Below, in pieces: positions 13,901-23,997 of a stretch of DNA of 57,350 nt; positions within the stretch are counted from its first letter, which is position 1; each line of letters opens with the position of its first letter. Source of the stretch: Peribolospora baueri (taxonomy: Eukaryota); contig JAMDHS010000066.1 in the NCBI GenBank assembly GCA_029717555.1, positions 62,001 through 119,350 of the forward strand. The letters run 5' to 3'. The position numbers and the translations under genes were made by a program. The notes beneath the pieces are model-generated. The model saw only the letters and a list, made by a program, of their open reading frames with translations. It made no database searches and was not told the origin of the DNA.

Positions 13901-14449
13901 GACGTGGGCGACGGACCGTCATTTACTTCAAATGACGCTGACGGTTCCAACGCGCCGTCGCCCTTGTGCCCTTTGTCTTCAGCTTCCATCCTAGGACCAG
14001 TCGTGTTTGGGTCTATCTTTGCTGTCACCACCGACACCTTTCCGACCACGATCTTCCTCGTGTGAGTAATGTCTTTAGGGCACTTTCTTTCCTGCGCAGT
14101 CGGCCTCATTTAATGATTGTGTCAGAGTTCCTGACCTTCTATTTCCGGCTCTCCTTTCCGTCTCCGCTTCTGGCACCGTCGCTCGAAATGCAGGTCCGCC
14201 TCCCTCTATGTCCTGTCATGCTTCCTCATGTGCTTTGTACGCATCCGCAAGGAGCATACTCTTTCCGCCCTTCCTCCTCGTCCTCCGCCTCAAAGGCACG
14301 GGCGTGACCACGTCACCACGTCGAGCTGGCGCCGGTCGGCCGTTTCACTGAAGGACGTGAGCGTGAGCGGTGTCGGCATTGCGGCGAAGAGGGGAAGGAA
14401 AGAGCGGGACCGCAGGACGGCCAGGAAAGTGTTCGCCGATGATCGTTGA
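11000..14449 (+). CDS. Major facilitator superfamily transporter (SLC46-like fungal MFS); multi-exon
   Basis: WYRRPSYYWLMP, motif-A-like GWWGGLSDRWGRTRVI, IEGLLGGYATLLAAHQAYISEVT, SFDLNLARVS and GKLFASFAIVQ, with several hydrophobic segments. Confidence 0.88.
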
Positions 14450-15068
14450 GATCTTAGACGTAGCTCGGTCCTGAACGCGTCCTGAATAGAGAACGGCAGG
14501 CGATTCTGTGCCGACCGTGGCTTGGGTTCAATTGGTTTGCTTTCTCACAAGGCAGTTTCCTAGCTGGTGAATCGTGTTTGATCCGTGTACTCTGTCACCG
14601 ACTGTCCTAATTCCTTTCTAAGTCCTCCCGTCTAGTCCATTTCTCAATCGTCTTCCCAGCGGTTTGTATAGCCGCTTCGAATGGAACGGATAGATGTCCG
14701 CTTCTTCGTTCCTTTCCTTTCCTTCCCTTCCCTTTCTCTTTCCCTCCCGTCGAGTTGGCAGTCATCTTGAGCAGAACGAACACTTATTCGAACTCTGGTA
14801 GGTTTTTCTTTCTTCTACTCGGGCTACCCTCCACCGTATTCGATGCCAGCCAGCATCCTGTGTTGATTTGCCGCGTCTCCGACTCTCTCTCGTTTTGTGC
14901 TTGTTAATACGTCCCCATGTCTACCGGCCCATAGACCGAATGAAGCCGTAGTGGTAACCCAAGCCGGCACTCGAAACAACCCGGAGCGCGTAATCGAAAG
15001 TGCCAGGTATGGTTTTGGTGGGTTGCATCGATTACAAATACATGCGGCGTCCTCAGGAAGTCCTACTC

Positions 15069-17072
15069 CTACGGTTCGTCACCGCCAACTTCGACGTTCG
15101 AGGAAATCCACGTTCGGACCTTGGACAGCTGCTCGCAGAGCTCCTCGGCTGCGGAAGGCTCTTCGTCTCCCGTCATCTTGTCATCGGTTGCGTTGTCGAC
15201 CCAAGCCGAACGCCGTTCGACTTGTGTGCGCTGCTCCTCGTAACCAATGCCGTAGACGCCTTCCCTCAGCGCTCGCACAAGATACGGGACGAGCTCAACA
15301 GTGAACGCATTGAGCAAGTGCGCATACAGCTTCAGCTCATCTTTCCTCCGTCCCCGTCGCTCCTCCTCATCCTCACCCCACACGTTTGGTGGGTATAATC
15401 GTTCTTCCGATTGGCTGTGGTCCGGCTCGGCGATCAGCATCTCCGCGTGAGCTCGTAGCGCACGGGCGGAAGAGGCCAAGGAGGAGAGGAGCGAAGCTTC
15501 GACGTGGTCGAGTATCGACAGAGGCGCGAAGAGACGCAGGGCGTTTAGCGCGTTGAGGTGGCCGTTCAGGAAGGAGGCTAGTGGTGGGAAGTCTATCAGC
15601 AACTGTGGAGGCTGATGGACGGGCGCGCTCTCGTCTTGTGGCTTGAGGAGCGTGCCGTCTAGTGGAGGCAAAGAGGGTAAGGGTTCACCGATGATCCTGG
15701 CCTTGTCCTCCTCCACGCACACCCAAGAGCTTGGCAGCTTCCTCGCTCGCTCGGCACTGCCTATAACCTTTTCCAGCTCCCTCACTGACTCGCCCATGAT
15801 CCTCGTCACCTCTTCCTTGGCAGCACGCTCGAAGGGCGCAGCTATGAGGTGGCGGAAGTCAAGCCCTACTCGGCCAAAAGAAGTGGCACAGTAACCAAGC
15901 TGGGTGTAGAGGCTGGATAGAGAAGCGGTGTCGGTGATGAGAGGGACGAAATGGTCCAAAGTTTGTAGCAGGGACTCGATGGCGTGGTCGGCGTAGGCGA
16001 GGACAACTTGAGGCGGTGTGAGGAGGTAAGAAGGCTCTTCGGCCTGCTTCAGGGCGGTGGCGTCGTCGATGGATCGTCGGGACCAGTCGTACGCATGCTC
16101 GACAAAGATGGAGGAGTACTGGGTGACGATGTCATAGACATATTCCCGAAAGACGTCGACGTACTTCTTGACGTAGCGTGCTGGATCGCCTCGTTCACGC
16201 TCGAGCGTCATGAGCTGCTGCTGCCAGTGGTTCTGACGCGAAGCGAGGAAGGCAATGCCGAGCTCGTGTTCAGACAACTGGCCCATCCGTCGAAGGAGAT
16301 TCACTGTCTTGACTGCCGCCGGCAACTTGATGGGTTCGCGAAGAAGAGAAAGCAGCTGGGCAAGCATGACCTGCATTGCTGCACGCACTTCGGCCTCGAT
16401 GTCAAGCACAAGGGGGATGTCGCCGAACCGTTGGGCCAGAGTTCGAGCGTGAGAGGAGAGGTCGAGGGCTTCATTATAATAGCCGCTCCGGACGCAGGTG
16501 TCCACGAGTCGAGGAATGTCGAGCACATCTAACAATTTGTCGTGGTGCTCCAGGACGAGCGATGCTCGTCGACGGTCTAGCTGACTGGTCGCTGTCGCCT
16601 CTGCAAACGCCTGGCACTCGTTCTCGAAAGCGGGCATGGACCGCGAAAGCAGGTCATCCAGCGAAACGTCAACCCGATCGAACGCGGCGGAGATGTCGGC
16701 GGAGGACTTGTGCACGTCGATGAAGGTGCGGTATTGTCGGAAGCAGAGATTGGTGAGTTCGGTGTCGATGGATGCAGCTTCCTTCTTGAGCGCGCCTGGT
16801 TCGCCCTTGAGCGTCTCGAGGGAGAGGCTGGTGATGCGATTAAGAAAGTCGAGAGACGCCTTAGAGGAGAGTAAACTCGCTGCGTCCTCGGTGCGGTCCG
16901 CTTGGGCTGCTTCAGAGAGCAGGTCGGCTAATGACTGGAAGTCTTCTTCGACCTGGCCGAGCGCGTGTCGGTCATCCATGCCGCCAGCAGCTTCCACCGA
17001 CGAGGGCGCCGGGGGAGCGGCTTCCCCAGGCAGTTCGACGCCGTTTATGGTGATCCTCGGAGAGTCCACCAT
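15069..17072 (-). CDS. COG8: Conserved oligomeric Golgi complex subunit 8 (Dor1 family); single exon, 667 aa
   Basis: LLDVLDIPRLVDTCVRSGYYNEALDL, IKLPAAVKTVNLLRRM, YTQLGYCATSFGRVGLDFR, LIDFPPLASFLNGHLNALNALRLFAP. Confidence 0.95.
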   Translation of the reverse strand: MVDSPRITINGVELPGEAAPPAPSSVEAAGGMDDRHALGQVEEDFQSLADLLSEAAQADRTEDAASLLSSKASLDFLNRITSLSLETLKGEPGALKKEAASIDTELTNLCFRQYRTFIDVHKSSADISAAFDRVDVSLDDLLSRSMPAFENECQAFAEATATSQLDRRRASLVLEHHDKLLDVLDIPRLVDTCVRSGYYNEALDLSSHARTLAQRFGDIPLVLDIEAEVRAAMQVMLAQLLSLLREPIKLPAAVKTVNLLRRMGQLSEHELGIAFLASRQNHWQQQLMTLERERGDPARYVKKYVDVFREYVYDIVTQYSSIFVEHAYDWSRRSIDDATALKQAEEPSYLLTPPQVVLAYADHAIESLLQTLDHFVPLITDTASLSSLYTQLGYCATSFGRVGLDFRHLIAAPFERAAKEEVTRIMGESVRELEKVIGSAERARKLPSSWVCVEEDKARIIGEPLPSLPPLDGTLLKPQDESAPVHQPPQLLIDFPPLASFLNGHLNALNALRLFAPLSILDHVEASLLSSLASSARALRAHAEMLIAEPDHSQSEERLYPPNVWGEDEEERRGRRKDELKLYAHLLNAFTVELVPYLVRALREGVYGIGYEEQRTQVERRSAWVDNATDDKMTGDEEPSAAEELCEQLSKVRTWISSNVEVGGDEP

Positions 17073-17227
17073 GCCGGCAAGAGGTGCCTCGCGAGGTGGA
17101 GGACTTTGCTGGTGATGGTGTCGTTAAGGCGCGGCAGACGGTGACCGCATACAACGGTCCACCTTGGCTCGCACCGCAGCACGGTAGGCGCAACCGCAGC
17201 CGACGATCGGCGGGGACGCACCGGCAT

Positions 17228-18463
17228 ATGGGTGGTGTAGCTGGCTCCAAGCAGCACATCCACTCACCCATCGCTACCACGCCGGCGGCGAGCCATGTCC
17301 ACGGCGGAGCAGTTTCATTTCGACTTGGTGAGCAGGAAGAAGCATAGCTTTAGAAGTACCTTGTCTCCACTAATAGCGACTCCGTTCCCTTCTCACGGTG
17401 TTTCGTTTCGCCTCGCCGTCATCAGACAGTAGAACGGTTCGCCGTCAAAGACGTCCTGCGTGGTGAGCTCACCTGAACCGAGTAAACGGTCCTGGTCGTC
17501 ATCGAGAGCTCCTTGCATTGTATCTTACGGCACGACTTGGTTGTCCGCTCATGCTTTGTCTCTTCTCGTTTACTTCATTATCAGCGGTGCTACACACGAT
17601 CCTCTTCCAGCGCGTCTTCGGCTCAATAGGAGCGCGAACCATCGAGTACTTCGACCTTTCGTTTGTGAGCACGGACGTAGACTTGACTGTATGCGCCGTA
17701 GGACTGTCTACTTAACTGACTCCTTTCTATCACGCCCACCTCCGTTTACTTTGATACTCCGGCTCCCAAGCCTGCGGTGACCGATAAAGAAGTGGACAAG
17801 CTCGTGGAGGAGAAGGTGGATCATTTTTGGGGACATGTCGAAACAAAGGGGCAGGTGTGTTTTTGCGACTTCTCGGTCTCTTCCATTTGGATCTTTTCTT
17901 CATTGCCGCAGCCTGCGCGTGCTTCTGCGGGAGGGGCTCATTCGAGTTGCGGGATCGGTTTACTGTGGCGCTTTCAGATCTTGGTATCTTTGTTGGAGAA
18001 GCGGACACGAAAGCAATGGTTCTCGACGAGCGAAGAGAAGGTTCCTTTTGAGCAGTGGTACATCAACGTTGAGGTCGCAGCGGGCAAGACGGAGAGGGGT
18101 ACGTTAACTTCTCTACTTCCGCACTCTAGCGAATGAATCACAGCGCCGTGGAGCTTGCCTAACCTACGTCCGCCTGTTTCGTTCTCATTTCCGCACCGTA
18201 CAAGAGCGAATGCGTCTCCACGCTGTGACCTCTTCGCAGCTCTCAGCATTCCTCGTCCGTCTTGTGTCCTTCGTCGACGCCAAGACAGCGCATATACCTC
18301 CCATTGTTACCGCAGAAGTTCACCCATTCCCCATTTCCAGTGAGTAAGAGTAGCTTTCGTTGTTGGGATATTCGCCTCGTCCTATTGGATGTCCGAGAAG
18401 ATGACGATGCTGACGAGGCGTGTTTCCTATCATCTCTTGCAAGTCGCCGTCATCAAGCTCTGA
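17228..18463 (+). CDS. ATG101: Autophagy-related protein 101 (HORMA domain); multi-exon
   Basis: VKDVLR|AVLHTILFQRVFGSI, DKEVDKLVEEKV, EKRTRKQWFSTSEEKVPFEQWYINV (WF finger), HIPPIVTAEVHPFP; ends IAVIKL* at 18463. Confidence 0.9.
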
Positions 18464-18929
18464 TCCGCACGACCTTCTTATTATCGTCGCGACACGCACG
18501 TTTGTCGTCTTCTTCTGTATCGAGCGTTCCGTCCTTCTTGTCGCAGAAGTGTATACTTACCATAGATTTTGAGCTAGACGTCTAGCAACTGCTTCCCCAG
18601 CCCCTTGCAATAGTTTACGAGGCCCATCGGAAGCGTGCCAGCCTTTACTGACGACTCTTTTTTCACTTAAACCATCTTGGATTCTTGTCTACTAAGAGTC
18701 GAGGATCTTCGCTCTGTATGTCAGTGTGGGTAATGGCGATGGATCTTGTCCTTTCTGACGCCCGTTCACAGTTTGGCAGCAAGTTTCCTCTCCAGCTCTT
18801 CGATGCGTTTGAGCATATCTCCGATAGAAAAAGTGGTAGTAAATTCGCTTGTTGTGTTGCTCATGCTGGTTTCTTGGCGGTAGTCCGGCTCGAGATGGGT
18901 GGTTGTTGTCGTGGTCGTCTTAGCCCAGG

Positions 18930-19186
18930 TGTAGGCTTCAGGCTCTTAATCAGTTAGACGGTGTGGGAAAGATGTATGCTTCATCATAGTTTTTATCTAC
19001 TCGGGGAACCGGTGATCCTCGTGTTGGTCTAGGTACAAAGACCTTCCTCACGTGACAGGTGACATGACAACTCTCCTTCGGAGCACTCAAGTGTCTATGT
19101 TCTCTAACTGTCCGACCTTATCGGATCTCAATATTGACCAAACTTTCCATCACGTTCGATCTTGACGGGAACTTGCATCTCCTACA
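18930..19186 (-). mobile_element. Candidate LTR (257 bp) with a possible remnant of adjacent internal sequence towards ~18770
   Basis: Bounded by the inverted termini TGTAGG (18930) and CCTACA (19181-19186). More AT-rich than its right flank. No target-site duplication. Followed on the minus strand by a short ORF MSNTTSEFTTTFSIGDMLKRIEELERKLAAKL*. Confidence 0.35.
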
Positions 19187-19911
19187 GTCTAAGAATGAGG
19201 TCGGTCCAATTACGGCCCAGGTTTTCCGGGAGTCCAGTCAGCGTTGAGAGCTGTTGCGCTGTTCGAGCCCAGTGGGCTTCTTTTCCGCTCGGGCTTTGCC
19301 TTCGCTTCACCGACGCCGACGCCGACGCACCGTCTCCTTGTTTGTTCGTTCCTGCTGCGGTCGTCCTCCGCATTGCGAACCTTGGGCACAGCCTCGAGGC
19401 GGGGAAGAAGCAAGGCAGTCAGTCGACGCCAAGCCATTCTTCCATCGTCTCACCACTCGTTTGGGAGACAGACCCGAGCAGGCACGCCTATCTGCGCTGC
19501 GCTACCGGAGACGACACGACGGACGGACAGGAACGCGTTCGTTGGGCTATCGATGCGACCACTAGACCTACCCTGACGACCGGCCGACCGAGACGCAGGC
19601 GTTCCTCGCCCATCCACTAGCATTGGTTAGCCTCAGCTCTCGCCTCGCCAGCCCATTGGCACTACCACCTCGGGTCCGCCTGCGCACGGGCCACCGAAGC
19701 CGAAGTCGAAGCCGACCAGGTGCAAGGAAGGACGGAAGGGAGGACGAGGAGTGGACGATGAGGGGTAGGGAAGAAGGCTTTAAAAGGACGGTTGTCCTCC
19801 GCCCTTTTTTTCCCTCTTTCCTTCCTCACGACAGCCCCAGCCCTTGTCACTGTACTCTAGCCCTTCCTCGCTCGTCCTTCGCCCTCTTCCACGGCTCTGT
19901 CGCTCTCCAAA

Positions 19912-20287
19912 ATGAAGGCGCCGACTCTCCTCATTCGCCCCTTCGACGACGATGCTCACGCCTCTTCTCTTCTCTGTTCTGCTTTGCTCCACTTTCGTCC
20001 TTCTCCCCCAGGTCGACGCTCACGCCCCTTCTCTTCTCTGTTCTGCTCTGCTCCACTTTCGTCCTTCTCCCCCAGGTCGACGCTCATGCCCCTTCTCTTC
20101 TCTGTTCTGCTCTGATTCACTTTCTTCCTTCTCCTCCCAGGTCGCCGCCATCATCGCTCTCGTCGCAACCGCCGTCGGGCATCCCAAGCGCAGCGAGACC
20201 GATACCGGCACCTTTGTCAAACGCCAGGGAGATCAGTCCGGTCAGTGCAAGAACGAAATTTGCTATGGACATGGATATGTCTCGTAG
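19912..20287 (+). CDS. Putative small secreted prepropeptide with two Kex2 (KR) sites; possibly a pseudogene
   Basis: ATG AAG spliced to the third acceptor gives MKVAAIIALVATAVGHPKRSETDTGTFVKRQGDQSGQCKNEICYGHGYVS*. This needs a weak GC donor (AAG|GCGCCG). TATA-like TTTAAAAG at ~19779. Confidence 0.45.
19954..20146 (+). repeat. Tandem repeat, 3 copies of ~64 bp, each with a branch site, pyrimidine tract and CAG acceptor
   Basis: Unit GCTCACGCCCCTTCTCTTCTCTGTTCTGCTCTGCTCCACTTTCGTCCTTCTCCCCCAGGTCGAC. The AGs end at 20011, 20075 and 20140. Confidence 0.95.
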
Positions 20288-20336
20288 CCGCTCGTCATGA
20301 CCCGTCTCATCTCGGCAACGCCAATGATTTCTGAAG

Positions 20337-20660
20337 GGCCTGGCATCACAGATCCTCCTGTCTTACGACAATTCCAGTCGTGGCTGAAGCGGAGGCGGAG
20401 AAGGGAAGGCCTTTCACCGCCTCGTCATCGGCGCTAAGGGACGATGCGGCAACGGAGTTGTGATGCTTTTCGAAAGGATCGGTTTCAAGCCGTGAGTGTT
20501 AGCCGTCGTCGCAATGGCCTCGTATTCGGACATCCGCCCAACGGGGAGGCACATGCTTACCAACTTCTTCCTTTGGTCGGATCATAGCAAGAACATTGTT
20601 CAGTGGGACATTGCCGAGACGCGCGCCAAGCCAGGACCGTATCAGGAGATCATCGATGGT
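20337..20660 (+). pseudogene. LYS1: Fragment of saccharopine dehydrogenase (NAD+, L-lysine-forming), frameshifted and truncated
   Basis: AEAEAEKGRPFTA/(frameshift)LVIGAKGRCGNGVVMLFERIGFKP | KNIVQWDIAETRAKPGPYQEIID resembles the Lys1 segment LVIGALGRCG...NI.KWDM.ET..GGPF.EI. Intact GT-AG intron at 20492-20587. No further exons found. Confidence 0.72.
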
Positions 20661-20669
20661 GCGTCTCCC

Positions 20670-21915
20670 TGCCCCTAAACCATAACTTTCTTTTAACGAA
20701 GTCGGTAACCGATTGGTAAAGCTGAGAGGTATGAACAGCCAGATATTTGTACGAATGCTGTGCACGGGGAAAGGGGGAGGGAGTATGGAAACCCATTAAG
20801 TAGGCACTGAGCGTATCGATTTATGAGAAGGTGCCTTGTTGCATAGCTTGCCCTCACAGTTGCAACCGGACTGGCTAGAGAACATCGTGTGGCTTGTGCA
20901 CGCGTGAACTGAGTGAGAGGTGATCGGCCATCCACACAAGAGTCCAGGGTTCGATTGCCTGCTAGCAGATTTTTGAGAAAGAAGTGCATGTGCATAAAAT
21001 TTACGACCTTCTGGTAGGCCCTAAAATTATTTTCATTGCCCAAGAAGACGTTTGCAATGCAGGCCGTCACTGCAAAAGTGACAGTCATGTCGCCAACTTT
21101 GTTTACTGTCCCATCGACCCTATCTGAAAAATAATTTTTTTTCCGTCTGTCTAGAAGGGGTGAGTCTCTCCAGAGGTCTTCTTCTGCACGCAGGCTTTAT
21201 TTCTGTTTTTTCAGACACTGGATGCGAGCAAAGACTATCTTCATTGTGATGGCCGTAGACCTAAGCAGGACAGATTAGTGGGATTTTCAGGAGTATGCAA
21301 AACAGAGAAAGTTTTTCGTCTAGTTGTGAGGCATAATTTTTGAGATGATACTGATGAAAAAGCTCCAGCTGCCAATGAATTATTTTGCCGGAGCCCTGGG
21401 AAGTAGGGGTTAGGGTTGCAGATATTTTGTCCGGAGTGAGCACAAAAATAACTGCAATCGTGTTCACGAAGGTGGCCTACGTTCTTTCAAGTGGAGCCCA
21501 AATTTTCCCTTTACACAAGATGTGTCGCAGGGAATTTTTTGAACTTGCCACGGCTCATTGCGGTTGGAGCCCATTCTGATTTTTCTTATTGGAGATATTC
21601 CCGAGTTCCTTGCTCTACAGGCGCTTCTGTAAAATGGACTGGTTGAAAATATTTTTTTAAATTTCTGCAACGGAATTCGGCGTCCCATATCATGATTGTG
21701 AACCGAAACCGAAGTTTGCTACGGTAGAAATGACGGCCGAAGAGCTTGGATCATGATGTAACATCTTAAGAGGCTCACTACCGTATTCCGAGAGAGAATA
21801 ACCTGGGCGCTGGCGGCGGGGCTACAAGTGACTAGCGGCGCGTGACTCAGTACCTTCACGTGACCCTTTAGGTCCTTAGTCACGTGATCCCTGCACGTGG
21901 GGGGATGCACCCCTA
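20670..21915. mobile_element. AT-rich non-coding island, probably a non-autonomous transposon remnant
   Basis: Abrupt compositional shift with A/T runs, no credible ORFs or exon pattern, and it begins right after the last LYS1-like exon. Right end carries a CACGTG cluster. Confidence 0.35.
21857..21899. promoter_or_regulatory. Cluster of three CACGTG (E-box/bHLH) palindromes next to a TGACTCA
   Basis: TCACGTGA, GTCACGTGAT and GCACGTGG within ~45 bp; TGACTCA at ~21844. Confidence 0.35.
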
Positions 21916-22151
21916 CGCCGGTACACATGAGTACCAGTTACTTCGTATACTGGACGTGTGACTGCTCGGAGCGGAGACCGGATGGGATGCGAGTGCAGGT
22001 TACTGTACAGTATAGATACGCACACATACATCTGGATCTATACACATACAAGAGAATGTCCCAAGTCTATGATACCTGTTAAGTAGGTGGCTCCAGCATT
22101 CAGGCACGCAGGCCAATGCACGCCTGGCGTGGATCATGTATGTAGGCTCTA

Positions 22152-23704
22152 CTACATCTCAACTACACCTCGCCTCTTATCCAACAGCGAGCGGAACCCG
22201 TCGTCGGCGGCGTCGAGAGCAAAGTCAAAATCCCAGCGTTCGCCAGCGCAAGCAGGTAGCTTCTCTCCCCAGGCAAGAGCAATGCGACCGCTGGAGCGCC
22301 GAGAAGACGAGGATGATGCAGCAGAGGAGGGGTGATTCTGCGAGAAGCTGTTCTTCAGACGAGGCCTCGGCAGCTTATACGAGGTTTGATTCGCGCCTGT
22401 GTCCGCCTTGGGTAGTTTAATTGCCGCCGCCGTGGTGGGTGTTACCTGTTCATCAACTTGTTGCTTTTGGTGGTGTTGGCTTGCAGCGTCCGAAAGCGTT
22501 TTTCGCGCAACCGGAGGCTCCTCCGGCACCAGCATGTCATATCGTTGAAGGACATCCTGAGCCTCACGTAGCAGCCGGGATCGGAAGTCCTCGAGCTCAG
22601 GGGCACTCGGGTGCTCTCTCCCTCCAAGATGTGTGTCGCCGCGCATTTGAGCGATGGTCAATAGATGGCGCGACTCCATTCCCTTCAGCTGGTCAATCTT
22701 CTCCTTGACCTTCAGGCGTTCTCGGACAAGCCGCTCCTTTTCCAGTCTTCGTTGCCGCCTTTCCACCATTTCAAGTTTGCGATGTCGCCTTTCAAACGCG
22801 TCATCACTCGTGTCCTCCTGGATTGAATGCGCCCGAAATTAAATGTTGTATGTTAGTCTTTGTGACGAAAAAACAGGCAGATGCCAAAACGCTTCTACGC
22901 ACCTGGTTCGAGCCGTGGTGTCTAGTCCGTCCAAGGCTATCTGATTCGTCGACTAGACGAAAATCAGGGATTTCTATCGGAGTCAAACGCTCCGACACAC
23001 AGTCGGAGCCCGTGTACCAGTGCGACGTTGGTTCCGCGTACTGGCCGCGAGGCACGCGACGGGCGCGAGAAACGATAGTAGGGTCGTTGGTAAGAAGAAT
23101 GGGAACGTCCAAAGTGGGAAGAGCCGTGCTGGCTAAAGAGACGGGGCACAAAAGTCAGAGTAGACGTCAGAAGACGGACGGACAGGTAGAGAATAGGTCG
23201 GGCTGCCCGTAGAGAACCCCCCCGGAGCGCTCTGGATTCAAAGAAATGGCACGCACTTATCGGCTCATGGACACCAAAGAAGTCATCTTCGAAATAGGTT
23301 GAGGACCCAACTGCGCGACGAATACGCGAAGGGAGGATCCGTCTCTTGGGCGGGCCTGCATTTATTGAGGTCGCTGGCGACGGGCTCTCTCCAGCTTTCT
23401 GCTTGCCTTTGGCCCGAGCTGATAGCGTAGACGGCTCCTGGTGATTCTTTTCGGTTGGTGAGGAGGACTTGTGGGGAACGGACAGAGACGGCAAGAGACC
23501 GGTGATGAGCGACGGCAGCCATCTAGATCCGCCCGCGCTGGGGCTGGCGGTGTCGCTGCCATTAGTGCTGCTATCCGTTGCACGCCGCTCCTGCTCCGCA
23601 GGCGAGGAGCTCTCCGTTCCTTGCAAGGCCCTCTGGAGGGGCGGCTGAGACATCTTGATATCCTCAGAAGGCGACGTCGCATCGCTCGCGTTGGTGGTAC
23701 CCAT
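22152..23704 (-). CDS. PEHE-domain protein (MSL1/KANSL1- or Sas4-like histone acetyltransferase complex subunit); about 3 exons
   Basis: IEIPDFRLV ... EDTSDDAFERRHRKLEMVERRQRRLEKERLVRERLKVKEKIDQLKGME; also RRILPSRIRR and LLREAQDVLQRYDMLVP. Confidence 0.7.
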
Positions 23705-23997
23705 GGTCTATGAAATCCCTTGTTGAGATTCGAACCTGCGTCGGGGGGGGGGGGATGTAGCGGCACGTGGGAAGGGCACGTGACTCCGATCATCTCCAGC
23801 GCGTTGTTTGCGTTCGTCTCTGGGTATGACGACGACGACCACCAACCCCACCAGACCTCGTGCTAGAATCTAGCAGGCTGACATCGTCCATCGGCGTCGA
23901 CATAGCGGCTGGGGTAGCGTTACCGGTAACGTCACCGGACGTAGCCTTCTAATTCTAATAGTGACGTCTTCCGTCAGGTAGTGTGGTGGGCCGAACG

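Noticed and set aside
15643..17115. Long antisense ORFs over COG8 (and similar ones over TAF2 and the OSCA gene)
   Set aside because: Expected shadow ORFs of GC-rich coding sequence.
19182..19620. Small ORFs on both strands
   Set aside because: No recognisable motifs and no consistent exon chain.
19954..20146. CRISPR-like array
   Set aside because: Contiguous tandem copies without unique spacers, no cas genes, and a eukaryotic context.
20670..21900. Point centromere (CDEI plus AT-rich CDEII)
   Set aside because: AT content is far below CDEII levels, there is no CDEIII, and point centromeres are a Saccharomycetaceae feature.
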